Source: Candidatus Fimenecus sp.
Lineage (GTDB): Bacteria > Bacillota > Clostridia > Oscillospirales > Acutalibacteraceae
NCBI GenBank assembly: GCA_045577555.1
Contig: JAZNIQ010000272.1
Coordinates: 356-64,355 of the forward strand
Direction: 5' to 3'
DNA: 64,000 nucleotides
The position numbers and the translations under genes are program-made. Shown here one piece after another: positions 34,342-42,469 of the stretch; within the stretch, counting starts at the first letter, position 1, and every line of letters starts with the position of its first letter. Below the pieces are notes generated by a model. The model searched no databases. It was not told the origin of the DNA and worked only from the letters and a program-made list of their open reading frames with translations.

Positions 34342-35283
34342 TTAATTCCACGCTTTGCTCGCCCTTTCACACAACTCTTCAATATACTCTCGTTTAATAA
34401 GAGTGTTTCGCCATTCTTCTGGAATGCTGTCATAACCATATAATGCACCTGCAAGACCGCCTGCAATGGCAGCAACGGTATCTGTGTCATCGCCAAGATT
34501 TACTGCCTTCAATACACAATCCTTATAATTGTCTGTTGTTATCAGACACCAAACTGCAGCTTCAAGAGTATCAACCACATAGCCTGTGCTTTTGATTTCA
34601 GAAGCAGGGGTTTTGTCGAAATCAGGCGAAAACAGTCGTTTGTACATATCGTGTTCGGGACTTTCATCATATCTGCAATCCGCCCACCCCAAGGCGAAGT
34701 TCACGGAATCTTTTCTCGGAACGTCTAAAAGACGGAACAAAATGAGCGTATATATTTTGCAAGCGAGTTTAGAGCGCTCATGAGCATGAGTCAAGGAAGA
34801 TGCTTGCTCTATAATATTTTCCCAATCACAATGAGTTTTTCTGTTGTATGCGGCCATAAGGGCAAAGGGGTGTATTCTCATCAGAGAACCGTTTCCGTTG
34901 GAATATTCTTCATTGCCACCGCTTTCGGTCGCCTCTGTTCCTTTGGTGAAATAACTGATAATCGCATTCAGGCAGGTGCGGCCAACATCAAATGCTTCAC
35001 CGGAAGGGGTATATTCGCCGTCATCGAGCCATTTGCCGAAGTTATCCATTATCTTATCCCAATTGATTTCGCCGTCTGCAATACAGTCTAATGCCGCAAG
35101 AGACATACTCGTGTCATCGGACCAAGTACCTGCGGGATAAGGGTATGTACCGAACCCTTCCATATCGGTAACAGGGTTTTCTGCAATCTCTTCACGAGAT
35201 GCAAATTCGACCGGTACGCCGAGAGCATCGCCCACAGCGTGACCTATCATTACAGCTTTTATTTTATTGGCGCCTAATTCCAT
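34342..35283 (-). CDS. ADP-ribosylglycohydrolase (ARH/DraG family)
   Basis: IGHAVGDALGVPVEF, WSDDTSM and NLGDDTDTVAAIAGGLAGALYG. Confidence 0.85.
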   Translation of the reverse strand: MELGANKIKAVMIGHAVGDALGVPVEFASREEIAENPVTDMEGFGTYPYPAGTWSDDTSMSLAALDCIADGEINWDKIMDNFGKWLDDGEYTPSGEAFDVGRTCLNAIISYFTKGTEATESGGNEEYSNGNGSLMRIHPFALMAAYNRKTHCDWENIIEQASSLTHAHERSKLACKIYTLILFRLLDVPRKDSVNFALGWADCRYDESPEHDMYKRLFSPDFDKTPASEIKSTGYVVDTLEAAVWCLITTDNYKDCVLKAVNLGDDTDTVAAIAGGLAGALYGYDSIPEEWRNTLIKREYIEELCERASKAWN

Positions 35284-35308
35284 AGCATATCTCCTAGTTA
35301 AACACTTT

Positions 35309-36331
35309 CTATTTTTTATAATTACCTTTTAGTTTGTTTAATTTGTTTAAAATTTGATTTTGCTTTACGTTTCTTTCAAGATTTAAAATTTCCCGTTTAA
35401 GAAAGATAAAGAAATCTTGATTTATAGACTTGATATAAATATCACTATAATACTCAATAGTTTTTTCAAGTATTAACTCTCTTTTATTAATAAACTTACT
35501 TATTAAGGTGTTTTTTATAAATCCAAAATAAACTCTTTCGAAATTCTTTCGTAAATTATGAGCAATACAATAGGATAAATACTCTGAAACAACTTCTGGA
35601 AAACTGTAATAAAAAGATTTTTGAAAAATCAAATCTTCAAGTTCGGGATGTTGTGACAAATATTTATAAGTATAGTCTTCGTGTGTTGCCAAATCACGAT
35701 AACCAAATTGACTTAAAATATAATTGCAAATTATCCAAGATTGAGTAGTGCCTTGGGTCTCAAGGTCACTTGTTAGAGCATGAGGAAAATTATCTAATAT
35801 CCAAAGCCAAATGGATAGTCCGAGTTTTTTATGAACTCGATAACATTTCAAAACCGCATCTTCAAAACATTCACATTCTACTTTTGGAAAAAGTTTTTCG
35901 ATTTCAGGAAATTTACTATATATAGCATCCCTTATGCTATAATCACCATAAGGGTTCTTGCATTTGCTTTCAATAGTTATTTGCAATTTATGGTGGTTTG
36001 CAAGCACTTCTTCAATAGGTTTTCCATCATACATAAGACCTGTTTTGGGACCTATAGTAAGGGTTAGTTTGCTTATATCAAAGTTACTTGGTAAAAGTAA
36101 AGCACCATCTTCATCGACATCATCACTAAAATCAAAATATTCTTCGTCACCATATTCATCTTCTAAATCGTCATCGTCATTCAAAACAGAGTAGTCATCA
36201 TCGTTGCTACCCATAATCCGTTGATAATCATCTTCTTCATTCATATATTCAACAAAATCGACCCTACCATCACCATCTAAATCCCCAAGACCGCCTGTTA
36301 AGAAACCATAATCCTCATCGTCGTTAAACAT
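35309..36331 (-). CDS. Hypothetical protein with one N-terminal EF-hand loop and a strongly acidic region
   Basis: DLDGDGRVDFVE fits DxDxDGxVxxxE. It is followed by NDDDDLEDEYGDEEYFDFSDDVDEDG. The remaining ~230 aa are unassigned. Confidence 0.55.
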   Translation of the reverse strand: MFNDDEDYGFLTGGLGDLDGDGRVDFVEYMNEEDDYQRIMGSNDDDYSVLNDDDDLEDEYGDEEYFDFSDDVDEDGALLLPSNFDISKLTLTIGPKTGLMYDGKPIEEVLANHHKLQITIESKCKNPYGDYSIRDAIYSKFPEIEKLFPKVECECFEDAVLKCYRVHKKLGLSIWLWILDNFPHALTSDLETQGTTQSWIICNYILSQFGYRDLATHEDYTYKYLSQHPELEDLIFQKSFYYSFPEVVSEYLSYCIAHNLRKNFERVYFGFIKNTLISKFINKRELILEKTIEYYSDIYIKSINQDFFIFLKREILNLERNVKQNQILNKLNKLKGNYKK

Positions 36332-36444
36332 AATGGAACCTCCTAATCATTGTGGCAATTATTCCGAAAAATGCTAAAACTATTGCTATAAAAACTAATA
36401 CGTTTTTTCTTTTAATAATATTATACATCGTACAGACAAGCTTT

Positions 36445-36726
36445 TCAACTTTGGCAAATCCAAATAATAAATAGAATAATTGCAGGGATAATTAGAAATG
36501 GTATTTGTAGGCAAAACAAAACTATGATAATCCAATGAGTAACTGTCATATTTCTGAGCCAACCCTTGAAGCCACTTTGCTTTTGTGGTGTATAACCACT
36601 TGAACTGTGCCCTTTTTTATAAATGTGTTCAAAATCATAGCAGTCGCTATCATATTCAACAAAATCTACTTTTCCATCACGATTAGTGTCTGCATAATCG
36701 CCTGTGATGCCTTTATAATCTTCCAT
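36445..36726 (-). CDS. Small membrane protein with an N-terminal EF-hand loop
   Basis: DTNRDGKVDFVE is a canonical EF loop. The C-terminal TM helix is HWIIIVLFCLQIPFLIIPAIILFIIWI. Confidence 0.5.
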   Translation of the reverse strand: MEDYKGITGDYADTNRDGKVDFVEYDSDCYDFEHIYKKGHSSSGYTPQKQSGFKGWLRNMTVTHWIIIVLFCLQIPFLIIPAIILFIIWICQS

Positions 36727-36791
36727 TTGTCAGAACCCCTTTCTTTGTTCTGACTTAATTATAAAACACTCGCTGTCCCATAAAACGGACT

Positions 36792-37472
36792 TTATTTTGA
36801 TTTTTTACCTCTTTTTTGATAATCGGCGTTGATTTCCTCGCTCCAATCGGCACAAACTGCATCACAGTTACGGATACTGCAAACTGCTTTGGAAACAGAT
36901 TCATAAAGAATCTGTGTGCCTTGACCATCCGCATTGTAATTAACTGCACGGTCTCTATCGATACCGTATTTTGCTGCCGTTTCAACTGCATCTATATTGG
37001 CGCCAATGAAGAGGAACTCCCAACCGTATCTTTCTTTTTGACGCTCAATCATATACTTTACACGGTCGCTGGTGTATTTATGACTTGCATTCTCCTGACC
37101 GTCGGTGGTGATTATAAACATCGTGTGTGCCGGTACATCTTCGGGACGAGCATACTTGTGAACATTACCAATATGGTGAATCGCACCGCCAAGAGCATCG
37201 ATAAGAGCAGTACAACCACGAACGGTGTATTCCTCATCAGTCATAGGTTTAATTTCAGAGAGTTTAACTCTATCGTGAAGAACTTCGCTGTAATTATCAA
37301 AGAGTACGGTAGATACCAAGCACTCTCCATCTTCCTTACGTTGCTTTTCTATCATAGAGTTGAATCCGCCGATGGTGTCTGCTTCCAGTCCCGACATAGA
37401 ACCGCTACGGTCCAAAATAAATACCAATTCTGTGATGTTGTTCATTTTCTTTTCCATTTCATTTTCCTCCAA
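36792..37472 (-). CDS. von Willebrand factor A (vWA) domain protein
   Basis: MIDAS motif FILDRSGSMSG, then ..TAL.. and ITTDGQEN. Confidence 0.8.
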   Translation of the reverse strand: MEENEMEKKMNNITELVFILDRSGSMSGLEADTIGGFNSMIEKQRKEDGECLVSTVLFDNYSEVLHDRVKLSEIKPMTDEEYTVRGCTALIDALGGAIHHIGNVHKYARPEDVPAHTMFIITTDGQENASHKYTSDRVKYMIERQKERYGWEFLFIGANIDAVETAAKYGIDRDRAVNYNADGQGTQILYESVSKAVCSIRNCDAVCADWSEEINADYQKRGKKSK

Positions 37473-37586
37473 AAAAATAATGTGGTCGCAGGTCCTTTGT
37501 GAACCTTACAACCACATTGTAATGGATTATTTAATTGAAATGGTCGCTCGCTGAGAGACTTTTAAAACTGTTCGATAAATTGGAAT

Positions 37587-38129
37587 TTATCGTTTTATTC
37601 TTCTCGCGCATTGTATTAGTCTATAAATCCCATACCCCACGATTACACCAATAGTGTTCAAGATTAAATCATCTATATCTGTCGCTCTCACACTAAACGG
37701 CAATTGGATAATTTCTATGCAAAGAGAAATACCGATGCCTGCCAAAAGCACCTTCCCAAATGTATTGAGGCGCTTATAAACAATCGGCAAAACAATTCCA
37801 CTCGGAACAAACATCGCTGCATTTCCAATCACATTCAACAAAAGGTCTCGTTTGCTGACATAGTCAAATAGATTCACGAGAGGTAATAAATTGATTCTAA
37901 ACGGAAATGCTGTCGCAATATCAAATACAAGCGGTTGAATTTGCCCATCCACTTTGGACATTGGGAAGAATGTAAATCGGAAAATAACGGCCAAATTGAT
38001 ATACATAAGAAGCAAGACTGCCTCTCGCTTCCAGTCTATCTGTTTTTGCTTAATCCATATAGCAATCCTAATTATTAGCCAGATTGCTGTAAAAACAATT
38101 TCTAAAAACAGGAACGGTATTTCAACCAT
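37587..38129 (-). CDS. VanZ-family membrane protein
   Basis: 180 aa with 4-5 TM segments. NVIGNAAMFVPSGIVLP and ATDIDDLILNTIGVIVGY are typical of VanZ. Confidence 0.7.
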   Translation of the reverse strand: MVEIPFLFLEIVFTAIWLIIRIAIWIKQKQIDWKREAVLLLMYINLAVIFRFTFFPMSKVDGQIQPLVFDIATAFPFRINLLPLVNLFDYVSKRDLLLNVIGNAAMFVPSGIVLPIVYKRLNTFGKVLLAGIGISLCIEIIQLPFSVRATDIDDLILNTIGVIVGYGIYRLIQCARRIKR

Positions 38130-38158
38130 AAACTACACCCTCATAAATTCTTATTTAT

Positions 38159-39223
38159 CTAACAGCCTAACAACACCTGGTCAAACTCAAACAGCGCTTC
38201 ATTGATTTCGAAAATATCATAGATTTCCTTTTGAATAAAATAACGGATAATTTTATCAAAAGTAAAACTACGAGACAGAGTCAGACCGGCAGAAGCAAGT
38301 AAGTCTTGAGTCTCATCTAAATTCAATTTAAGTGCTATTGCAAATGCAACGGCAGTTTGTTTAGACGGTCTGTATGTATCAGGGTTACATTTGATTTTTG
38401 AGAATGTCTTTTTATCAATGTTGGCCTTCTTGTAGCATTCAACGTCGGTCATACCTCGTTCATCAATCAAGTCGAACAATTTGTATGCGAAAGACTTGTC
38501 CATCGCCTTCATATATTCGTGCAATGTTTTGTTTGCGGCACTGCCGGTAGGCACTGCGCGAATCTCGGACATCATCGAGGGTATGGCATCGAAGTCTCCT
38601 AAATTCTCAAGGTCTTCACATACACATTCCTTGCAACTCAGTATCGCAGAAGCATTAAACTTTTCAAGTTCTGCGATGCAATCCTCATCGTGCTCTTCAA
38701 CATACTTGTCATCGATAATTTCGCTAATCTCAGTGAAGAGTTTCTTACTAAATTCATACGATGTACGGTCAAAGACACAGATATAAACCATCAATTCGTG
38801 CTCAAACAGGAATTCGGTAATTATCTGTATGGCAAATTTCAAAACTTGGTCTTTAGGATAACCATAAACACCGGAAGAAATAAGGGGGAAAGCAACAGAG
38901 TTGCATCCGTGAGCTACTGCAAGTTTAAGAGACTCAATATAGCAGGATTTAAGAATAATGCTTTCACCAACAAGGCCACCGCGCCAAGTCGGACCAGAGG
39001 TATGGATGATGTATCGAGCATCGAGATTATATCCTTTTGTGATTTTTGCTTGTCCAAGGCCAAGAGGAGCAATTCTTGCACACTCTGCATCAAGTTCGGG
39101 TCCCGCACCCTCGTGCACAGCAAGGTCAACACCACTGAAACCAACCATTTCTTCATTGGTCGTATTTACAATGGCATCCACTTGCATTTTAGTAATATCT
39201 TGTCGAATTATCTGTAGTGGCAT
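38159..39223 (-). CDS. Macro-domain protein fused to a C-terminal HTH-like domain
   Basis: The N-terminus IIRQDITKMQVDAIVNTTNEEMVGFSGVDLAVHEGAGPEL is the macro ADP-ribose-binding signature. The C-terminus ERGMTDVECYKKANIDKKTFSKIK..SKQTAVAFAIALKLNLDETQDLL is XRE-like. Confidence 0.8.
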   Translation of the reverse strand: MPLQIIRQDITKMQVDAIVNTTNEEMVGFSGVDLAVHEGAGPELDAECARIAPLGLGQAKITKGYNLDARYIIHTSGPTWRGGLVGESIILKSCYIESLKLAVAHGCNSVAFPLISSGVYGYPKDQVLKFAIQIITEFLFEHELMVYICVFDRTSYEFSKKLFTEISEIIDDKYVEEHDEDCIAELEKFNASAILSCKECVCEDLENLGDFDAIPSMMSEIRAVPTGSAANKTLHEYMKAMDKSFAYKLFDLIDERGMTDVECYKKANIDKKTFSKIKCNPDTYRPSKQTAVAFAIALKLNLDETQDLLASAGLTLSRSFTFDKIIRYFIQKEIYDIFEINEALFEFDQVLLGC

Positions 39224-39244
39224 ATTAAGCTCCTTTCCTTGGTA

Positions 39245-42200
39245 TTATGAAAGTTCGGATAATTTAGTAAAATGCCCATTATTGCATTTAACGTATATAC
39301 CAAATTGCCCAACCCCAGCATAGATGTCTTTTCCACATGCAGAGCACTTGGCATTGACCTTATCTAAATACTTATTCATTGTGTGTACGGACAGTAAATC
39401 AAACGAACCACATGAAGAGCATTTAAGTATGTATTTTCCGCTGTGACCTCTGCTCAAGTCCATCGGAGCACCACATTTTTTGCAAGTCTCCGTATCGTGA
39501 ATGAATTCGGTTAATCCCTTGCCGGCGGAGTTATTTGCTTTTTCGATAAGTTTAATTCTTGTGCCCTTATCATCTACTCGATAATCTAAATCACAAAGAG
39601 AAGAAATCATTTCATTCGTATGTTTACCTGTGATTCTAAAAATCGGACTTTTGGGTGCAAGGAATCTATAATTCTTATCTTCGAAGAATAATTCCGATAA
39701 TGGAAATCCGTACCAAATAACTCTATCATCAACAACGATAAGTGGGAATGATGCATCCTTTGATTTGAACAAAAGACCTTTCCATGTGTCACTAAGCCCT
39801 GCAATCTCTTTAGTTTTTCCAATGACCGCAACACCGGAACGAGCCTGTATTTTCAATTCATCAGCAATAATATTTTCGTATTGAGGGTTTAGTTTGTCGG
39901 TTGGCAAAGTTATAACTATTTGCTTCTTTGCTGATTTAATATCTTTAAGCAACAATTCCAATGCATCCGTTGCAGAATAATAAGGTTTAATATTCTTGCC
40001 GAAATCGAGAGTTTGAATATATTCGATTAAACGATTATCTTTCATTTCGACAACAGTATTGTTTGCCTTAATATGTTCCAACAGTTTAAAATATGTGTTC
40101 TGTGTTTCGTGGAACTTGTTATTCCAAAAGCGTGTATTAGCTAATGTTATAAATTTGCACCTTGCACGTGTTAGTGCTACGTTTATCAACCGCAACACAG
40201 ACCCATTATCATTTTTGGCAACCAGCCAACCAGGTTTAACAAACGGATAACTTTCTACAGCATCAAACACAACCACATTACGTTCTGAACCTTGGAACTG
40301 ATGAACGGTTGCACAAGAAACGGAAGTGGATTCATTTTGTCTATAATCCTGTATAATTGCACGAATAAGTCTTGTTTGTGCGGCATAAGGAGTTATAACA
40401 CCGACTTTTTCTTCATTTTTGAAATTTAATCCGTTCTGTGCAGATTCGGATTTTAATGCTATTGCAAAAGATAGAAGTGCACTTAAAATATTAAATCTCG
40501 AATTGTCGGCATTTTTACTGGCAGCACAAAATGTTCCATATAAATCCACCAGTGCCATTGCAGTTTCCGGCAACGGGTCACGAGAAACCACAGAATTCCA
40601 TTTTGTAGCGACACTTGAATGGTCTTTCAAAAGGCCTTTATAAATTCGGTGATTTGAAAATCTCGATATATGTGGATGCATTCTGCGTTGTTCGTTCAGC
40701 ATAACGAGCCATGGGTGATTATATATTTCATTATATCTGCAAATGTTTAGAAAAGAGAAAATGTCGCTCTGCAGGATATCTTTTGCCTTCTCTGCCTGCA
40801 CAATAGGTGCAAGTTGTCGGAAATCTCCTACACAAATGAATTTTTCCTTTGAAAATGTGGCGGCACAGAGTAGTTGTGGTACATAGGCCATACTAACCTC
40901 ATCAAACATAACCACATCATACTTTTTGTTGTCAAACAACTTGTCCATGTAAATTTTGGATACAGTCGTTGCAACAACCTGAGCTTTCGCCGTGAGCATT
41001 TGGGCTTCGGCTTTAAGTTTTGTGCGAATACCCTTGAGTATTTTTTCAAGTTCTTTTCTTCTTGCTGCTTTGGCAGTGTCCTGCTTAAACTGTAGTTCGA
41101 TTTTCAGTTTTTTACTTTCTTCTGAAATCGCAAGGTATTGTGTTTTTAACTCAGGGTAGCTATTCAGTGCAAAATTGAACGCTACACAATTATCGTTTTT
41201 ACTTAATTCTTCATCTCTTACATAACCATATCGAAGCACTTTGCCTTTGGAGAGAATAGGTGCTAAGTGGTTTTGTGAAAATTGATTTGAAATTTGCTTT
41301 ACAACATTGTCTACTGAGATATTACTATGTGATACAATGAGCACTGTTTTGCCCATTGAAACAAAGCGCTCGGTCATTTGAGCCATTGTATATGTTTTAC
41401 CGGTTCCGGGTGGTCCCCAAATGACCGTAATATCTTCTTCAAGGGCATGTTGGATTGCTACATCTTGTCCACGCTTTACAGATGTGACATCTGAAACTTT
41501 GTCTGCCAGAGTGGGACCTTGATGAAACAACTTCCATGCAATATGATTGTTGGGATTGATTGCTTTTACTCTATCACGAAGTTTTTCGAGCAATTTCCAC
41601 GGTTCAACACTAATCTGAGCAGAAGGTACAACATCGCCAATATTATGCTCTAAGGATACTATGATTTGAAATCCATCACATACAATAACGGTACCATTAA
41701 CAGTTTCTAAACCACGAATAACAGACACGGGTGCATCATCAGAAAGATATAACTCGGATTCTAGTTCAAATGAATAGCAAAACTCATTTGAGTTTGGGGT
41801 TAATAAACGACCGTCGGTAACTTTGTGTTTTTTGCCTCCATGGTGTTTAAGAAAAAATAGTTCACTCGATATTGCATCAATATATTTATCAAAATCGTGA
41901 TTTTGAGGGGGCGTTTGTTGTTTTTCCTTTTTCTCAGAGTTTTCTTTTCCGATTGCTTCCATCTGTTCTACCGCAGCATTAAATTCCGTCATAAAAAGGT
42001 CTTTTTCTTGCTCGGTCATATCAGCAATTGCAATGCTTTTTAGCAGAGTGGGTTTATTACGTTCACAAAAATAAGTTACGTCAACGGAGTCTCCGTCCAT
42101 GGTTAGAATATTGATAACGAGTGTAAACGAACTTTTAAGCAATCGTCTTTCGTCGATAACTGCTGTGGATTTTGCATTGCCAAAGAAATTTGATTGTCCC

Positions 42201-42409
42201 TTGGGATTAACCGTAGCAACATTACCGAGTTTATCGGTAACGGTGCATTCTTTTACCATATACTTTACCGGGTGTGATTTCCCAATGAAGCTAACGGAAA
42301 ACTCAATATTTATAAAAGGTTCAACGACAGTGATTTTCGGTAGCATAACCTTAAACGGACAATCGTTAAAGGTCTGTTGAACTGATTTGTATTTCCTCAT
42401 TGGTTTCAC
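39245..42409 (-). CDS. Upf1/DNA2-like SF1 helicase with an unknown N-terminal domain, a degenerate PLD-like segment and two C-terminal zinc ribbons
   Basis: 1054 aa. IWGPPGTGKTY, VVMFDEVSM, LNEQRRMHP and VHQFQGSERNVVVFD. The C-terminus has CKKCGAPM..KCSSCG and KCSACGKD..KCNNGH. Confidence 0.8.
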   Translation of the reverse strand: MKPMRKYKSVQQTFNDCPFKVMLPKITVVEPFINIEFSVSFIGKSHPVKYMVKECTVTDKLGNVATVNPKGQSNFFGNAKSTAVIDERRLLKSSFTLVINILTMDGDSVDVTYFCERNKPTLLKSIAIADMTEQEKDLFMTEFNAAVEQMEAIGKENSEKKEKQQTPPQNHDFDKYIDAISSELFFLKHHGGKKHKVTDGRLLTPNSNEFCYSFELESELYLSDDAPVSVIRGLETVNGTVIVCDGFQIIVSLEHNIGDVVPSAQISVEPWKLLEKLRDRVKAINPNNHIAWKLFHQGPTLADKVSDVTSVKRGQDVAIQHALEEDITVIWGPPGTGKTYTMAQMTERFVSMGKTVLIVSHSNISVDNVVKQISNQFSQNHLAPILSKGKVLRYGYVRDEELSKNDNCVAFNFALNSYPELKTQYLAISEESKKLKIELQFKQDTAKAARRKELEKILKGIRTKLKAEAQMLTAKAQVVATTVSKIYMDKLFDNKKYDVVMFDEVSMAYVPQLLCAATFSKEKFICVGDFRQLAPIVQAEKAKDILQSDIFSFLNICRYNEIYNHPWLVMLNEQRRMHPHISRFSNHRIYKGLLKDHSSVATKWNSVVSRDPLPETAMALVDLYGTFCAASKNADNSRFNILSALLSFAIALKSESAQNGLNFKNEEKVGVITPYAAQTRLIRAIIQDYRQNESTSVSCATVHQFQGSERNVVVFDAVESYPFVKPGWLVAKNDNGSVLRLINVALTRARCKFITLANTRFWNNKFHETQNTYFKLLEHIKANNTVVEMKDNRLIEYIQTLDFGKNIKPYYSATDALELLLKDIKSAKKQIVITLPTDKLNPQYENIIADELKIQARSGVAVIGKTKEIAGLSDTWKGLLFKSKDASFPLIVVDDRVIWYGFPLSELFFEDKNYRFLAPKSPIFRITGKHTNEMISSLCDLDYRVDDKGTRIKLIEKANNSAGKGLTEFIHDTETCKKCGAPMDLSRGHSGKYILKCSSCGSFDLLSVHTMNKYLDKVNAKCSACGKDIYAGVGQFGIYVKCNNGHFTKLSELS

Positions 42410-42469
42410 CCCTTAGTGGTTTTATAATAATGCTAAATGATTTTCAAGTGGAATCAAGCTCGGATTATT

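Noticed and set aside
36816-37502. Long antisense track ORFs, for example 36816-37502(+), 52513-53169(+), 13326-13874(-), 38690-39217(+) and 286-627(+)
   Set aside because: They lie entirely within, and opposite to, strongly supported genes with clear family motifs. They lack RBSs and have low-complexity, shadow-ORF-like composition.
39245-39900. An active PLD nuclease domain in the helicase C-terminus (type II Mokosh-like)
   Set aside because: The HxK..D positions read F-P-L..D, so the catalytic His and Lys are missing. At best this is a degenerate PLD-like fold.
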